A DNA stretch of 64,000 nt from positions 10,742,249 through 10,806,248 of the forward strand of contig JASCQW010000119.1 in the NCBI GenBank assembly GCA_030264375.1. Direction: 5' to 3'. Below the pieces are notes generated by a model. The model worked only from the letters and a program-made list of their open reading frames with translations. It did no database searches and was not told where the DNA came from. Shown here one piece after another: positions 24,030 through 37,050 of the stretch; position 1 is the first letter of the stretch, and every line of letters starts with the position of its first letter. The translations under genes and the position numbers were made by a program. The DNA is from Carcharhinus longimanus (lineage: Eukaryota).

Positions 24030-25260
24030 AACGGGGAGCAGTGCATTTGTTGCAAATTGGTATCCAAATATGCATTTGACACAGTGTTAAATCATAGATT
24101 GCTGCATGTTTGAAGAATAAATGAGTTAAGGGCAACATATCAGCATAGCAAAAGTGTTGTGCAGCGAACAATCATGGGCGGGTTGGATTTTGTTTTCATA
24201 TAATAGAAAACTGCAAGTAATGGAGCACTATGTGGAAGACTGAATAGGCTTTACCTGTTACGGAAGCATGTGGAGGACTTTGATGGATGGACCAATTCTA
24301 GGGCAGCTACATTTACCGATCCTGTCAAGATAGGTAGAAAGCATGACGTAAAGATGAGATACAGAACATTCCACGCTCAGGTCAATTGACATAAATGGAG
24401 CACGTCACGTGGAAGAATGTGAAACTGTCAATCCTGGTAGGAAAATGTAAAAATAACTTACTAATTGAGCGGANNNNNNNNNNNNNNNNNNNNNNNNNNN
24501 NNNNNNNNNNNNNNNNNNNNNNNNNNNNNNNNNNNNNNNNNNNNNNNNNNNNNNNNNNNNNNNNNNNNNNNNNNNNNNNNNNNNNNNNNNNNNNNNNNNN
24601 NNNNNNNATTACTGAAAGTTTACATTGCAGTTCAGAAAACAATTACTGATGAAAATGATACCTTGACGTTCATTGCAAGGCCATTTGAAAATAGCAAAAT
24701 GTGTTTCTATAGCAGTAAAGGACCGGGGTGAAACAATACCTGGATTGTTATCTGCAGTTTTCGTTCTTACCCATAGAAGGATACATCTGTCAAAGGGGGA
24801 AATAAATAATTTGAACACGATCTATTTTGGAAATGGCAACATTGTCGTTAATGGAAGGAGTAATTCCATTAGATCTTTATTTACTGGAGTGTAGGCAGGT
24901 GAGAAGCGCTCGAATTGAACCATACCCAATAATGACTGTCCTGGACATAATACATGAAGACATAATGATTTGTTTGGTGGATGGTGGGAATGTAGAACAC
25001 GGGGCAACTGTTTCAAAAGAGGGAGAAAACCAGTTAGAACTGAAAGGAGAAGAGATCTCTTAACTTAGTTTGTTGTGAAAAATTGTGGATCTCTATTAGA
25101 AATAAACAGTAGAGGTCTAGTCACTGCATAGAAAGAAAATAAAAAAGTGAGATCACTGGACGTTAAAGACACAGGAGGCATGATGAGAACGCAGACATAT
25201 CGTTTATTAATAGAGTAAGAGTTATTACCATGCTCAATGGAGGACCAGGATCGCAGGTCA
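24030..25260 (+). mobile_element. Old CR1 LINE RT-to-3' fragment (contains an N gap)
   Basis: AFDTVLNHRLL motif at ~24070 and degraded downstream CR1 ORF2/3' UTR. Confidence 0.65.
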
Positions 25261-25459
25261 TTTCAAGCAGTTAAAGCCACCAGAAAAAATGCTTTTATTC
25301 ATGCATCTGTAAAAGTAGTTCAGAACCGTAGCTGACATGGCAGATTTCCTCAGTCTTCTGAGAAGGAAAAGGCAATTGTGGCGTTCATAAAATTTATGTC
25401 AGAATTGGGGAGGGGGGGGGGTGTTGGGGGGAGGCCAGATTGTTTGCGATCTGGACATC

Positions 25460-26135
25460 TTAAAACGTTAAGGTTTCTACTTCATTTATACTTCATCCCC
25501 ATTGATGTTGATGGGCGTGTACTCCATTATGCTTCCTAAAGTTGATGACAATCTCCATCACTTTGTTCACAATGAGAGTGAGATTAGTTTGTCGCACTAG
25601 TTCCCCAGATTATCTAACTCATTCCTGTCCGCTGTCTCACTACGGCGGCGTCATCAGCAAACTTGAAAATAGAATTGGAGATGAATTTGGCCACACATTT
25701 GTTGGTATTTAAGAAGGACATTAGGGGTCGAGACAGACTTTTTTTTGGGGGGGGGGGTTGGAGTGCGGTGTCGGGGATGATCGTGGAGGAGGTGCTGTTT
25801 CCTATCCTTGCTGATTGCGGTCTGTTGAGGATCCAGTCACAGAAGAAGAGCCGAGGCCCAGGCCACAGGGGTGGAGATGAGTTTTGTCGAAATAATAGTG
25901 TTGAAGGCTGAAATGTAGTCAATAAGTCGAAACCTGGCATAGGTGTCTTTGTTGTCTAGATGTTCCAGGGCTGAATGCAGGGCCAGGGGTGTGGCGTCTT
26001 CTGTGGAACTGTTGTTGTGGTCGACAAACTTTTGTGGATCCAGCAATCTGGACGACTGGAATTGGCTTACGATGACTAACCTTTTGAAGCACTTCATAAT
26101 GATGGATGCCAGAGCCACCGGACGATAGTAATTAG
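25460..26135 (-). mobile_element. Rex1/Babar-clade LINE RT fragment
   Basis: YRPVALASIIMKCFKRLV..STEDATPLALHSALEHLDNKDTYARFRLIDYISAFNTII and WILNRPQSARIGNSTSSTI..IFKFADD. Confidence 0.9.
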
Positions 26136-26300
26136 GGCCTGCTGGATTCACGTAGGAGCATGCGGGTGGAAGTCCCTGTAGTTTGCTAAACATTGCAGCA
26201 TTATGAAAACAGACAAAGCACAGAGTTGTATTTCAAAGTTGAGTAACCACATTTTCATATATTAGTAGTATCGGTCATTTCATGTAAGTACTACTATTAA

Positions 26301-26646
26301 GGGCGGCACGGTACCACAGTCGTTGGGCGGCACGGCAGCATAGTGGTTAGCACTGTTGCTTCACAGCTCCTCGGTTCGATTCCCGGCTCGGATTATTGTC
26401 TGTGTGCAGTTTGCACACTCTCCTCGTGTCTGCGTGTGTTTCTTCCGGGTACTCCGGTTTCCTCCCACAGTCCAAAGATGTGTGGGTGAGGTTGATTGGC
26501 CATGCTAAGAAATTGTCCCTTAGTGTTCAGGGATGTGCAGCTTAGAGGGATCAGTGGGTATAATATGTAGGGTGGAATTGTGTTCAGTGCAGACTCGATG
26601 AGCCCAAGGGCCTTTTTCTGCACTGAAGGATTCTATGAATGTATGA
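26301..26646 (+). mobile_element. tRNA-derived SINE (HE1/V-SINE-like) with CR1-type tail and duplicated head
   Basis: GGGCGGCACGG..AGTGGTTAGCAC (A box), GGTTCGATTCCC (B box), core CCGGTTTCCTCCCACAGTCCAAAGATGTG, tail GATTCTATGA. Confidence 0.92.
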
Positions 26647-26689
26647 AAGAATTTCGCTGAGAGATGTCGTAGTTCCGGGAAGTTTCAAG

Positions 26690-27715
26690 TGTTCCACATA
26701 ACTACATGCACAAGTTTAACCCAATTATAGCTCCTTATAGTCACATGGATCGTTGGGAGCAGCAGTTGGATTCACTTAGGAGCATGCCGGTGGAGGAAAG
26801 CGTCGTAGACAGGAGCTTGAAATATGTTGTCAGACCCAAAGTGCATGTACATAAATGAGTGAACACTCGAAAGGGAAGGCGCACTGTGCAGGTATCCCCT
26901 TTAGCTGTTCTCTTCTCTTNNNNNNNNNNNNNNNNNNNNNNNNNNNNNNNNNNNNNNNNNNNNNNNNNNNNNNNNNNNNNNNNNNNNNNNNNNNNNNNNN
27001 NNNNNNNNNNNNNNNNNNNCTCGAAAGGGAAGGCGCACTGTGCAGATATCCCCTTTAGCTGTTCTCTTCTCTTAGAGGCATGAAGTTCTGAATATTGCTG
27101 TGGTGGCAGGCCTATCAGGGGAACACCGTAGCAGACAGGGTAGTGACACTACGACTGGCATTTTCGTTCAGCAGAGAGTTTCATGAAGCAGAAGAACGAC
27201 GTTTGTAGGGGACTCTCCCCTCATGGGCGAAGACAGGCCTTTCTGTGGCCGGGAAAGAGACTCCAGGATGGTGTAATGCGTCGCCAGGACCAGGGTAAAT
27301 GATGTCTCTGCACGCGCATGAAATATTCTGAAAAGGGCGGGCGAACAACCATGGATTATTGTACTCATTGCAACTAACGGAATTGACAGCGAGAGTGACA
27401 AGGTCCTGCAAGCAGAGTTCAGGGCGTGAGGTAGTAAGTTAAAAGAAAGGACATTTATGGTTGTAATCACACGATTACTTCATGTGCCATGTTCCGGATA
27501 GGCTAGGAGTAGGAAGACAGTACAGCGAAGCACATGGCTAACGATCTGGTGTAGGAGGAAGGGGCCCAGTATTCTTCTTCATTGGGATTTCTTCCGGGGC
27601 AAGTAGGGTCTGTACTAGAAGGCTGGGTTATTCCTAAACTGGAATGGAAACAAATCCTGGCAGGATGATTTGCTAGAGTCAGTCGGGAGAGTTTAATCTA
27701 GTACGGCAAGGTTTG
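26690..27715 (+). mobile_element. CR1 ORF1 (zipper + SGNH esterase-like) fragment
   Basis: HMDRWEQQLDSLRSM and FVGDSPLMGEDRPFCGRERDSRMV*CVARTRVNDVS, matching CR1 ORF1 VIGDSIVRGTDRRFCGRERDSRMVCCLPGARV. Confidence 0.85.
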
Positions 27716-28199
27716 GTCATGATACAGCCCCAGATGTAGTCAGGAATTACAGTCCAGCTGGCAGCTGCAGTCATGACACAGTCTCCAATCCGTTCACAAT
27801 TCAAAACCCTTCTGCAGCATTACTGGCATCCCTGCCTTTGGAGTTACTTGTGCGATCGCGGCTGTCCCAACGGGACACTTCCTGTTAAAAGCCGGTATCG
27901 CGAACCGCCATCAGCAGCTGTTAAAAGCCGGTATCGTAAAGTACCATCTGTGTAACAATGTCCAACTAACTCAAATAGGTAAGATTTGCTAAATATACAA
28001 AATAACAGTCACACTAAAGTATCTGTCTTTATAAAAATGAAAGTTGAAGCACGCAAGACGTGAACAAATAACTGCCAGGAGCAGTATAAGCTTGAGAAGA
28101 TCAGTCATGATGAATGGTTATGCTTGTGACATGTTCTAAGCGCAAAATCTATTAACCCTTTCCCTCAGGTACAAAATGCAGTCACCATTTCCCTACTTC

Positions 28200-29980
28200 A
28201 GAATTGTAGGGCCTTGATCTTTGTATCAGTATTGATTACAGGTAAAGTTCTAGAGGATTGGAATACATCCAATGTTGTCCCATTGTTTCAGAAGGGCAGC
28301 AGCGATAGTCCAAGATATTATATATATATATAAGTTTATTTATTAGAAACAAATTGGCTACATTAACACTGCAATGATTTTTGTTTTGAACACCGCCTCC
28401 TCGCCATACTACAACGCCTGTTTGGGTACAGCGAGAGAGAATTTAACACGGCCAATACACCTAACCCAGCACGTAGTTCGCACTGTGGGAGGAAACTGGA
28501 GAAACCTGGAGGAAATCCACTCAGACGTGTGGAGAACGTGCAACTCGACCTAGATAGCGACTCAACTGGAAATCGAACTCGGGAACTTGGCGCCATGAGA
28601 CCTCATTGCTAATCATTGTGCCACCATGTGTGCCCGGTGAACCTTACAGTGGCAGAAGGGATTTTTTTTATTCTAATTTACTCATTTCGATACAAATAGG
28701 TTTATTAGTGATAGATGGCGTTCTTTTATGAAGGTGAGGTCGTGCCTCACTAATTTGATAGAGGTTTTCGAGGAAGTGACAAAGATGATAGAAGAGGGAA
28801 CGACAACGGACTTCATATACATGGACTTCGGTAAAGCCTTTGACAAGGTATTTTGTGGTAGACCGGTATGAAAAATGAAGTCACCCGTGATCAGAAGAGA
28901 GCTGGTAAGATGCATACAACAGTGGATTGGACATAGAAGACAGAGGGTAGCAAAGAGGTGCATTGTTCTAGATGGAGGGCTATGATAGTGGCTTTCCACA
29001 GTGATCAGTCCGGGACGTTTGATCTTCGTGGTTTATTTAAATAACTTGGGGGAAAAAAAAGAGCTGTTCTGATTAGTAACTTTCAAAACGGCCCGAACAT
29101 TGGTGCAAGCGTGGATAGAGATGCGGATTGTCAAAGGACACAACAATGACTCGTTGGAAAATTGGATTGAGAAATGGAAAATTGTGTTTATTCTGGACAA
29201 ATTACAGGTAATATTTTCAGAAGGTCAAATGTATGTTGGAATGATGCATTAAATGGTAGAACACTTAGGATTAACGACAGTGAGTGAGATTAAAGTGTGC
29301 ATGTCCAACAATCACTGAAAGTAGCAACGCTGGTTGCATACGGCATGTTTGCCTAATCTGTCAGGGCATTGGGTATATAAAAAAAAGGAAGATCATGCTG
29401 CAACTGTACAGAACATTAGTGAGACATCATTTGAAATATTATGTAGAATTCTGGTCACCATACTGCCAGAAGGATGAGGATGCTCTCTAGAAGGTGTAGA
29501 TGACGTTTACTGGAAAGTTGCTGGCGTGGAGCGTATTATCTAATGTGGGGGGAGGGGTGTTGGATTAACTCAATTTGTTCAAACTGGAAGGGCGGAGGTT
29601 ATGGGCCGACCTGATAGATGTTTACAAGATTATGATCGGCATTGATAGAGTGGATACTCAGATCCTCACTCCTACATTAGAAAATCCAATTACTTGAGGG
29701 CATAGGTTTAAGGTGTTTGGGGAAATGTCGAATGGAGTTGTGTGAGACAAGTTTTATTGCACAGAGAGTGATAAATATCTGGAACGCACCACTGAAGGAG
29801 GTGGTGGGAGTGTCATTACGGCATTTAAAGGGCATCCAAGCGAATACATGAATAAGATGGGAATGGAAGGATACAGACTCCGTTAATGCAAACGGTTTTA
29901 TTTCAGCCAGACATCATGAATGGTCCAGTCTTGGAGGGCTGAAGGATTTGTTCCCTTTCTGTACTGTTCTTTGTTCTTTG
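28200..29980 (+). mobile_element. CR1 ORF2 RT to 3' end, interrupted by a SINE
   Basis: SCLTNLIEVFEEVTKMIEEG..IYMDFGKAFDKV (~28740-28850) and MLQLYRTLVRHHLKYYVEFWSPY (29284-29490). Tail TTCTTTGTTCTTTGT. Confidence 0.92.
28330..28636 (-). mobile_element. tRNA-derived V-type SINE
   Basis: Reverse complement shows tRNA head (GGTGGCACAATGATTAGCA; GAGTTCGATTTCC), core GTTTCCTCCCACAGT and tail CATTGCAGTGTTAATGTAGCC..AATAAATAAAC. Confidence 0.88.
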
Positions 29981-30410
29981 TATTTTATTTTTTTTCGTAC
30001 ACCTTACTTACAATTCAATTCGCCAGTTAACGGAATTTCTCCGAAAATTGTTACTGTTGTGTGACAATTAACTTGTTCCAAATCCACCAAGAAAACACTC
30101 CTTGTCAATATCCCTTGAAAACACCAGACATATTCTTCAGTAAAGCTGTGCTACAATTTCGGATAACTTGAGACACAATCACACCGCGTTGGCCACTCAG
30201 ATCCAATTGGGTCCCAAATAACCTGAAGGCAACACTCATTCCCACGTGAAGTCGTGTGATCTTAAGGCGACTGAACTACTTTCATATGCAGCATTACTGA
30301 CATTTGTAAAACAAAGAAACGTTGAAAATTAAGCTATTAAATTTCCAGCTGTCACATGAGATTTATATTCTGGACTCCACAATTTCTGCTTTTTTTGTGT
30401 GTGTTTATAG

Positions 30411-32050
30411 CGCAGTAACATAACTATAATGCTGATGTACCGCAATAACACGTTTATGTTCGGCCCTCCTACTGGAGACGGACTATCGTTACTTACCCGA
30501 ACAAGTGTTCAAGAAGTTGACTATGTTGACATGTTAACTCTTGTTTTTGTGGCAATAACATATGGCCGATTTACGTATTCGAGCGGACGTTGGCACCGAA
30601 GTTTCACTTCCTGTTTTGAATCATGGTGCAAAATTGGGATCCTTTGAACTTGCCCGCGAATCAGGACATGAATTATTTGAGCTCAAAACGTTTGATTTGT
30701 TCTTGTCCATATAGATGAAAGGCTGAGCGAAAGAGAAATAGGTAACATCCTTTGAAGTGTCTCATTGCCGTCATTGCATAAAAAATAACCTATAATTGCC
30801 CTTACAGTTCAAATTTGAGCCATGGAATTATTAAATGGCATAATATTAAATATGTCATATTTAGTCCACCAGCTCCTTCTGACTGTTGCCCTCCATTCTT
30901 CACACGTAACAAATATATTCATCTATGATGTTGTCTGTTAAATATGATCCTTTTCACATAGAATTATTATGTAAATTGAGTAATATGCATTATTATTCAT
31001 GTGGTAATTGTGTTTGAATGTCGTATTTTTCATTTCTGTCATCAGTACATGTTTGTTTTGTTCTCCTTAAACAAATTAGATGAACATTTTGGGAGTGGAG
31101 TACCAGCATTTATAGCGACAAAATATGGTACAAACGAAATATCTAGCCATGCAAGATGTGTTTTAAACGTCAAAGTCAGTTTTGTGTCAGTAAAATGTCT
31201 CGTCCGACCTCCAAACTATAGTCAGTAGATTTCCACACTATCCAAGGTGTATTCATTTGAAAAATGAAGTATTCGTTGAAGTATAAAATAAATGGATTTT
31301 GAACAATTGCAAAGCAAAGAATATTATATCAACTGTTTGTTTTGCATTTGGTGTTCCAGATATTCCGCTAATTGAAGCGCAATATTAAGCACAATTTAAC
31401 ACTAACCAATCACGATCCAAATACGTTGTTCAACTCTCGACCATCTATCTAAAAAGTAATTTAGAACACTCAAATCTTGCATGAGTGAAACAGAAGGCCA
31501 CATTCATATCCAACTTCATACTGACGCAGTCAACAGATTTTAACGATGATTAATGTCAGCAAGTCAGTAGACTTTTTATCCGAACAATTCATTTGCAACG
31601 GACAAGATGTTTTTTCACACCGTCCAAGCCTGTAGCAATGATGCGGTTCATTTATTCACCGGGCTCTCCTGGAGACTTAGCAGAACCATTCAAATACTCG
31701 TAATCCCTGTCATTTTCCAAAAGATGAGAAAAATAATTGAATTAATTGTCCATTTCGAAATAACAGTTTGCAATCCAAATTTAACTCTGCAGCCAACAAG
31801 TTGCGATTTTGTTTTCAATCAATCAGTTGATGTTAAAACAAAACTCAATATCATCCATTCAGTTGATATTCTCATCTGCAACCCAGTAAAAAAAAACAGC
31901 GGACAGTCATCCGCTCTCACTTTGAACGCCAACCACGAACCCCATGGTACTGTACACAATGTACTAGAAAACACAGCAATATTATAATTTTGTCAAAAAC
32001 ATCTGATAATTTGTAACGTCTCCGTTAATGCCCCGATGAACAATATTTCA
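30411..32050 (+). pseudogene. Decayed LRR (TLR-like) ectodomain fragment
   Basis: Follows acceptor-like TTTTTTGTGTGTGTTTATAG. Peptides YLPEQVFKKLTMLT, CGNNI, LNLPANQ, SNLEHSNLA, HLFTGLS and IFQKMRKIIEL in shifting frames. Confidence 0.4.
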
Positions 32051-32064
32051 TCCTTTGCGTCAGG

Positions 32065-32360
32065 GACAGCAACCTTCTAAACGCACGACCACTTCCAACT
32101 TGAAGGACAAGGGCAACAGGTACATGGGAACACCACGAACTGCGTTATCCTCCAAAGCACTCGCCATTCTGACCTAGAAATATATCGCCCTTCCTTCACA
32201 GTCAGTGGGTCAAAATATTGGAATTTCCTTCCAACTGGCATTGTGAGCCAACCTACAGATTATGGGTTACAGAGATTCAAAGCCGCACCTTCTCAAGGAC
32301 AACTAGAAATGGGTAATAAATGCTGGCGTAGCCAGCGACGCCCAAGTTTGACTTTTTTTT
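32065..32360 (+). mobile_element. LINE 3' UTR fragment (family of 21420-21950)
   Basis: AAGGACAAGGGCAACAGGTACATGGGAACACCAC...GGGTCAAAATATTGGAA...GCCAGCGACGCCCA. Confidence 0.75.
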
Positions 32361-32924
32361 AATGGATCCCTTCAGAAGCACGATTTCAGGTAACGTTCGT
32401 AGTATTTAATCACTTGAAGCGTAGAACTCCTCGATTTGCACTGTAAACATAAAAGATAGCAGGCGCTCAATGTTCAAAACACACGCCCATTTGCCAGCTG
32501 ATACTCTACGTCTCTGGCAATGAAGAATAATCGTGAGAAGAATTAAATTATATTGCACATTATTGTTAAAAGGTAGGACAATGCTGAATGGTATCACAAG
32601 GTTCTGTTTCTACACCTCGTCCCCCACTCCTCATGTTCTGTCCCAGTCTTTTTAAAAGTATTAAACATAAATCGTCTTAAACCGAGCAACTTCTGAACGA
32701 TGCAATACCAACTGTTCACCTGTTCTATACGACAGATGTTTACAAAACAGATGATGCGTTCTATGATTTGATTTCAGAGGTTGAAAGATTGAAGATGATT
32801 ATTAATGCAGGTGGGAAAGAAATCACATGAACTATATATATATAATATTTACAGAAATTCGATGTTGGCAATTCTGTCATATGTTGGACAAACGTGGCCA
32901 ATGAAATACAGAAGCCAAGAAGTG

Positions 32925-33450
32925 TAGATACTGGAATTTGAAACGACAACAAAAAATGTTGGAAAATATCAGCAGGCCTGGCAACATCTGTAGCGAAAGA
33001 ATAGTGAACGTTTTGAGCCAGGAAGCGATTTCGTCATGTTTTTTTTGTTATTCGTTTCTCTGTAGAAAACTAAAATGGAATCTTTGTGTGATCATTGATC
33101 CCACATCCCAATAATATGTAAATTCAATTTGACCCAGTAATGACCATCGGCAATAATACCCGGGAACTTTTTTTTCCCCCATTTGAGTTTATAATCTGCC
33201 CCCAGTAGCGAAACCAGCAAATTGTTTGTGCGTCGTCATTTCGCTCAACATTTTTTTAACCTCGTTATTTTCTCAGTTACAACGTCTGAATACGGACGTT
33301 TCCACAAATAGTTGTGGCAGCATCTGTGAAGAGAAATTACGGAGCACAATTTAAGTGATAACTTGGATTCGAAACGTTAACTCAGTTTCCTCCATGGACA
33401 CTGCAAGTACTGTTGAATTGAAACACAATTTTCTGTCATTATTTCAGTGT
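32925..33450. mobile_element. Two short degraded Penelope-terminus-like fragments (32925-33040, 33310-33450)
   Basis: AAATGTTGGAAAATATCAGCAGGCCTGGCAACATCTGT resembles the end of the Penelope element at 7870-7960. CGAAACGTTAAC motif at 33370. Confidence 0.45.
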
Positions 33451-34238
33451 TGCCTTTATATATCTGCTTTCGAACGTTCCAAGCCAGTTTCAACAAACAT
33501 GCAAAACGTTAAAGTTGAAATTAATCAGGAACGATTGCGAGTCATGAAATAATCAAAATAGAATATTTCGAATGACGACGGAAATCGCTCTGCGGTTCGA
33601 TTAATTGTGTCAATTCTAGTTGAAAGAAACACATTGACATCAATGTGAATCCTTTATTTTTGTTCTTGTTCTATTGTTTGATAGTTCCTTATAATTTAAA
33701 TACTTCAACTGTTTGTTTTCTTCTGTGATGAAACTCAAAGAAAACTACATTCACAACTTCTGAAGTTAAGCTATGTGCTGAGATAGACTTTTTTTGCACG
33801 GGCAGGGGAGAATTTCACACAAGACTTTCATGCATGGACATTGTAATTTCTAGTTGGCAACAAAATTAACTTCGTGTTTAATGACAATTATTCGTTCGGC
33901 TTTCTTTTTTTTAAATCTAATCCAGCATGTTAAAAAAATGCAAACTGAATTTGTAATCGCAGTGTCAACATTGTGGTGAAGGCTCTTTATGGAGAGTTGT
34001 TAGAACATCGAACTCCCAGCCTGCAAAATATTTCACGAAGATCAATTTATGTAGGTTTTGATAAGTGTACGAGGGTGAAATGATTTTTGTTTTATATTAA
34101 CGATTCGTGCCAGATGAATGATATTGTGAGTGTTCTCGTTTCATTTGGTGTACATATACTGGAATGGGATAGGCCAGCATCAGTGCCATAGCTTTTGTGT
34201 ATCTGTGCGCAAACTTTATATTTTATCTTTCTTGATAG

Positions 34239-37050
34239 GAGAGTGTGATGAAGCATACAATGCAGGTGACTTTAATATATGCGTGTATAATTACAGTACT
34301 GCAATATATGTTCAAACAATGCCGAGTCACTCGGCCGTATATAGTTTGGCAAATATTGGCGATGATGGCGAATTGGTAGTGTCATGGCAATATAATCTAC
34401 GCATTGCCACAGATAGACTGAAAATGTTATCTGAAACTCTAGAAGTGTGGAGGTGAAAATCGTTTTAACTAACTGATCTGGAATGAAAGTAACGTTTCGA
34501 ACGACCATGAATGTATCACATATTATCTATAAATCTTATCTGCAATCCCGTTCAGGTTCAGACTATTTGCAATACCAGATTCACACAAATGTGGTTGGAT
34601 CTTGATTGCTCCCGTAAATTGCAAAGCAAGCCACTTATTACAAAAAAAAGAGATATGCTGTAAATAGAATCTCGAGCATAACCAGCAATGCCAATATAAC
34701 AGGAATTAAAACATACAAGATGCTCAGCAGTCAATGCAATGAGCAGCCATGTGACACTTGCGACGGTCGATTAGCTTGATTTAAAATGGCACAAACAATT
34801 ATCTTCACCAACCCACTATTCTTCAAAAAAACGTACCCGCTTTAAGTTCCAACGGTAACAGTAAACAAGGTCAAATGTCTCTATAGTAACCGTGCCCTGC
34901 CCGAAATGATCCGGTGTCAATACAAATAACTGAGGAATTATTGCATTGCAAAGTTGAATTTTCACGCCATGACGAATGCAATTACTTTATTCATTTGTTT
35001 CGCGTACGAGAATCAGATTTTGCTGATGTAATCCAATAACGTAGACTTTATAGGTACACTTCAACATCGGACGATCAAGGACGTTTCCATCAATCAGTGA
35101 AATTGGAATATCTGTCTTGATGGTCGTAGACAACTGACGGTAAAATGGGTTGAGGGAAAGAAAAATATGATGGAAGCTGAAGTAAACTAACGTCAAGTTA
35201 CCATTTTGTGTGGCTTAAGAGGCAATATATCTTAATTGTTACAGTTAATTGTAGGTCAATGCGGTTGCACGCTACAGATTGTCAAAATTAATTCAAATTA
35301 AACGTGATTGCAAGAAATTCAACTTTCTGCAGCAAATGTCCTTCAAACGGAGCTCATTCATATTTAGATTGATTAATTGACAGCTGTACATCAATCACGG
35401 TGGACTTGAGGAATCAGATGCTTCATGCACACTTGCAATGTGACCGCATGTAAAGGGGAAAAAATTGACGTTAATTTTCTATTTTTTGTGAGAATTACTT
35501 TGTCGTCACGTTTTTTTTTAATTTGCAGAGCTCGCAGCACTAACTCAGGACTTGAGTAAGAAAAAAAAACATACATTTTGGGAAGCATTAATCGTAAATG
35601 AATTCCCTGTGTTTTGAAGCAATGGCAAACACGCAGCCAAAAAAGCACAATAATTCCTCCATGATTTTGCGAAAAACGTGCAGCAGGTGCTGATATTATC
35701 TCACTGCCAGTGTAATGAGTAAGCATTCTTACCCCCTCTGTTGAATCCTCAGTTCTCCGGAATTTCCACTTCAACGCAAAGCAATACCTACTGTTTTCGC
35801 CCAGGGGGTTTCTAAAGACGACACAATTCCAATTTCATTATGTTCCTCGACAACAGAAATTAAACTGGATTTATGTTCATTCCTAAGGTAAATAATTAAA
35901 ACAAATTCTTGAAGTAGAACGAGGTAGATTACATTTGCAAAACAATCAAATTCTGTGTTCCCGAAACAAGTCTAATAAGTAAACAGAACCTTTGGGGAAG
36001 GCGACATGTGTGCTGTTGTGCAAAGATCGATACACCCCAATTGAGCTTGGCGACACAATAATGTCATTATTTTCAGAAACACGTAATAATACAGCAGAGA
36101 ACTAATTCATTTGTCCCTCGCATACTGAGAGCACTGTGGAGAATGAAGTATCTCATCACACAGCCACTGAAAGCTGTGTTCTCACATTGTACAATGATTA
36201 CTGCCTGTTAAAATTGCAGCAATAATTATCTGTATTATTGTGTTGCCATTATTAAGTGCCAAAGTGCGATAGTACAGTCATATAGTCAAGTTGTTTCTGC
36301 AGGTGAACCATCAGCGATCATGCTTGACAATATTACAGCTTTGAAAATAGGCAGCTATAGAAATAGCGCGTTTCTCGGCGTCAATAATGACACGAAGCTT
36401 ACGTACTCCGTTAGTAATTCTAACGATTTTTCCGAGGTAAATCGAGAATTTGCTAGAAAGAGATCAAACAGAATTTCTGTCAGGCAAGGGAAACAGCAAT
36501 TTCGATCTTTTAATTTACTTATTGTTGCCAAAGCACTCTCAGAATTTAGGAGTTTTCAAGGGTTAGGTATTGTTTCATCTGCAAACGTCTGGAAAAGTAC
36601 GCTGCATTTAACATATTGACAAAAGGTGAAATAATATGCATGAGAAACAGGCTTAAGGCAATGTACAACCTTGGATGACAACACCGTTCTCTGTGTGGTA
36701 CTCAAATATGAAACATTTCTAGTAAATCTATAACCAGAACTGGGTATTAAATATTTCAACAGTGAAACCTCACTTGGAAAATCGTTCGACCTTCATCCGA
36801 GAACGATGGTGAAATTAACCACGACAACGGTGTCAGTGGTTCCGAATAGACGGGGAAGGATAGTCTGTTTGCCACAGAAAATCAAACAGCTCGGTGTAGC
36901 TTTGATGAGGGTTGTTCCTGTTTGATGCGTGACATCCTTATTGGAGAGATATAAACATCAACGTCCTGGAAATATGGAACCGGAAAATATACGTTAAAAG
37001 ACGACCCCAGGACTTTTGAGACAAAACAAATTTTGAAATGAGGTCAAGGT
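34239..37050 (+). pseudogene. Decayed TLR-like gene: LRR segment (34239-35450) and LRRCT-TM-TIR segment (36303-37050)
   Basis: Acceptor-like sites at 34237-38 and 36301-02. In-frame consecutive LRRs FRVRESDFADVIQ*RRLY..FHQSVKLEYLS (34998-35117), plus LRGNI and LQEIQLS. Then FRGKS..IKQNFC, hydrophobic stretch, VRYCFICKRLEKYAAF, SKSIT, FIRERW*N and GKDSL in TIR order. Confidence 0.45.

Noticed and set aside
26301-26390. tRNA-like A/B boxes (also 28560-28636, 50935-51000, 60185-60240)
   Set aside because: SINE heads, not tRNA genes: no complete cloverleaf, and each is followed by SINE core and tail.
26867-27073. ~53-bp direct repeat across a 100-N gap
   Set aside because: Most likely an assembly overlap or haplotype artefact.
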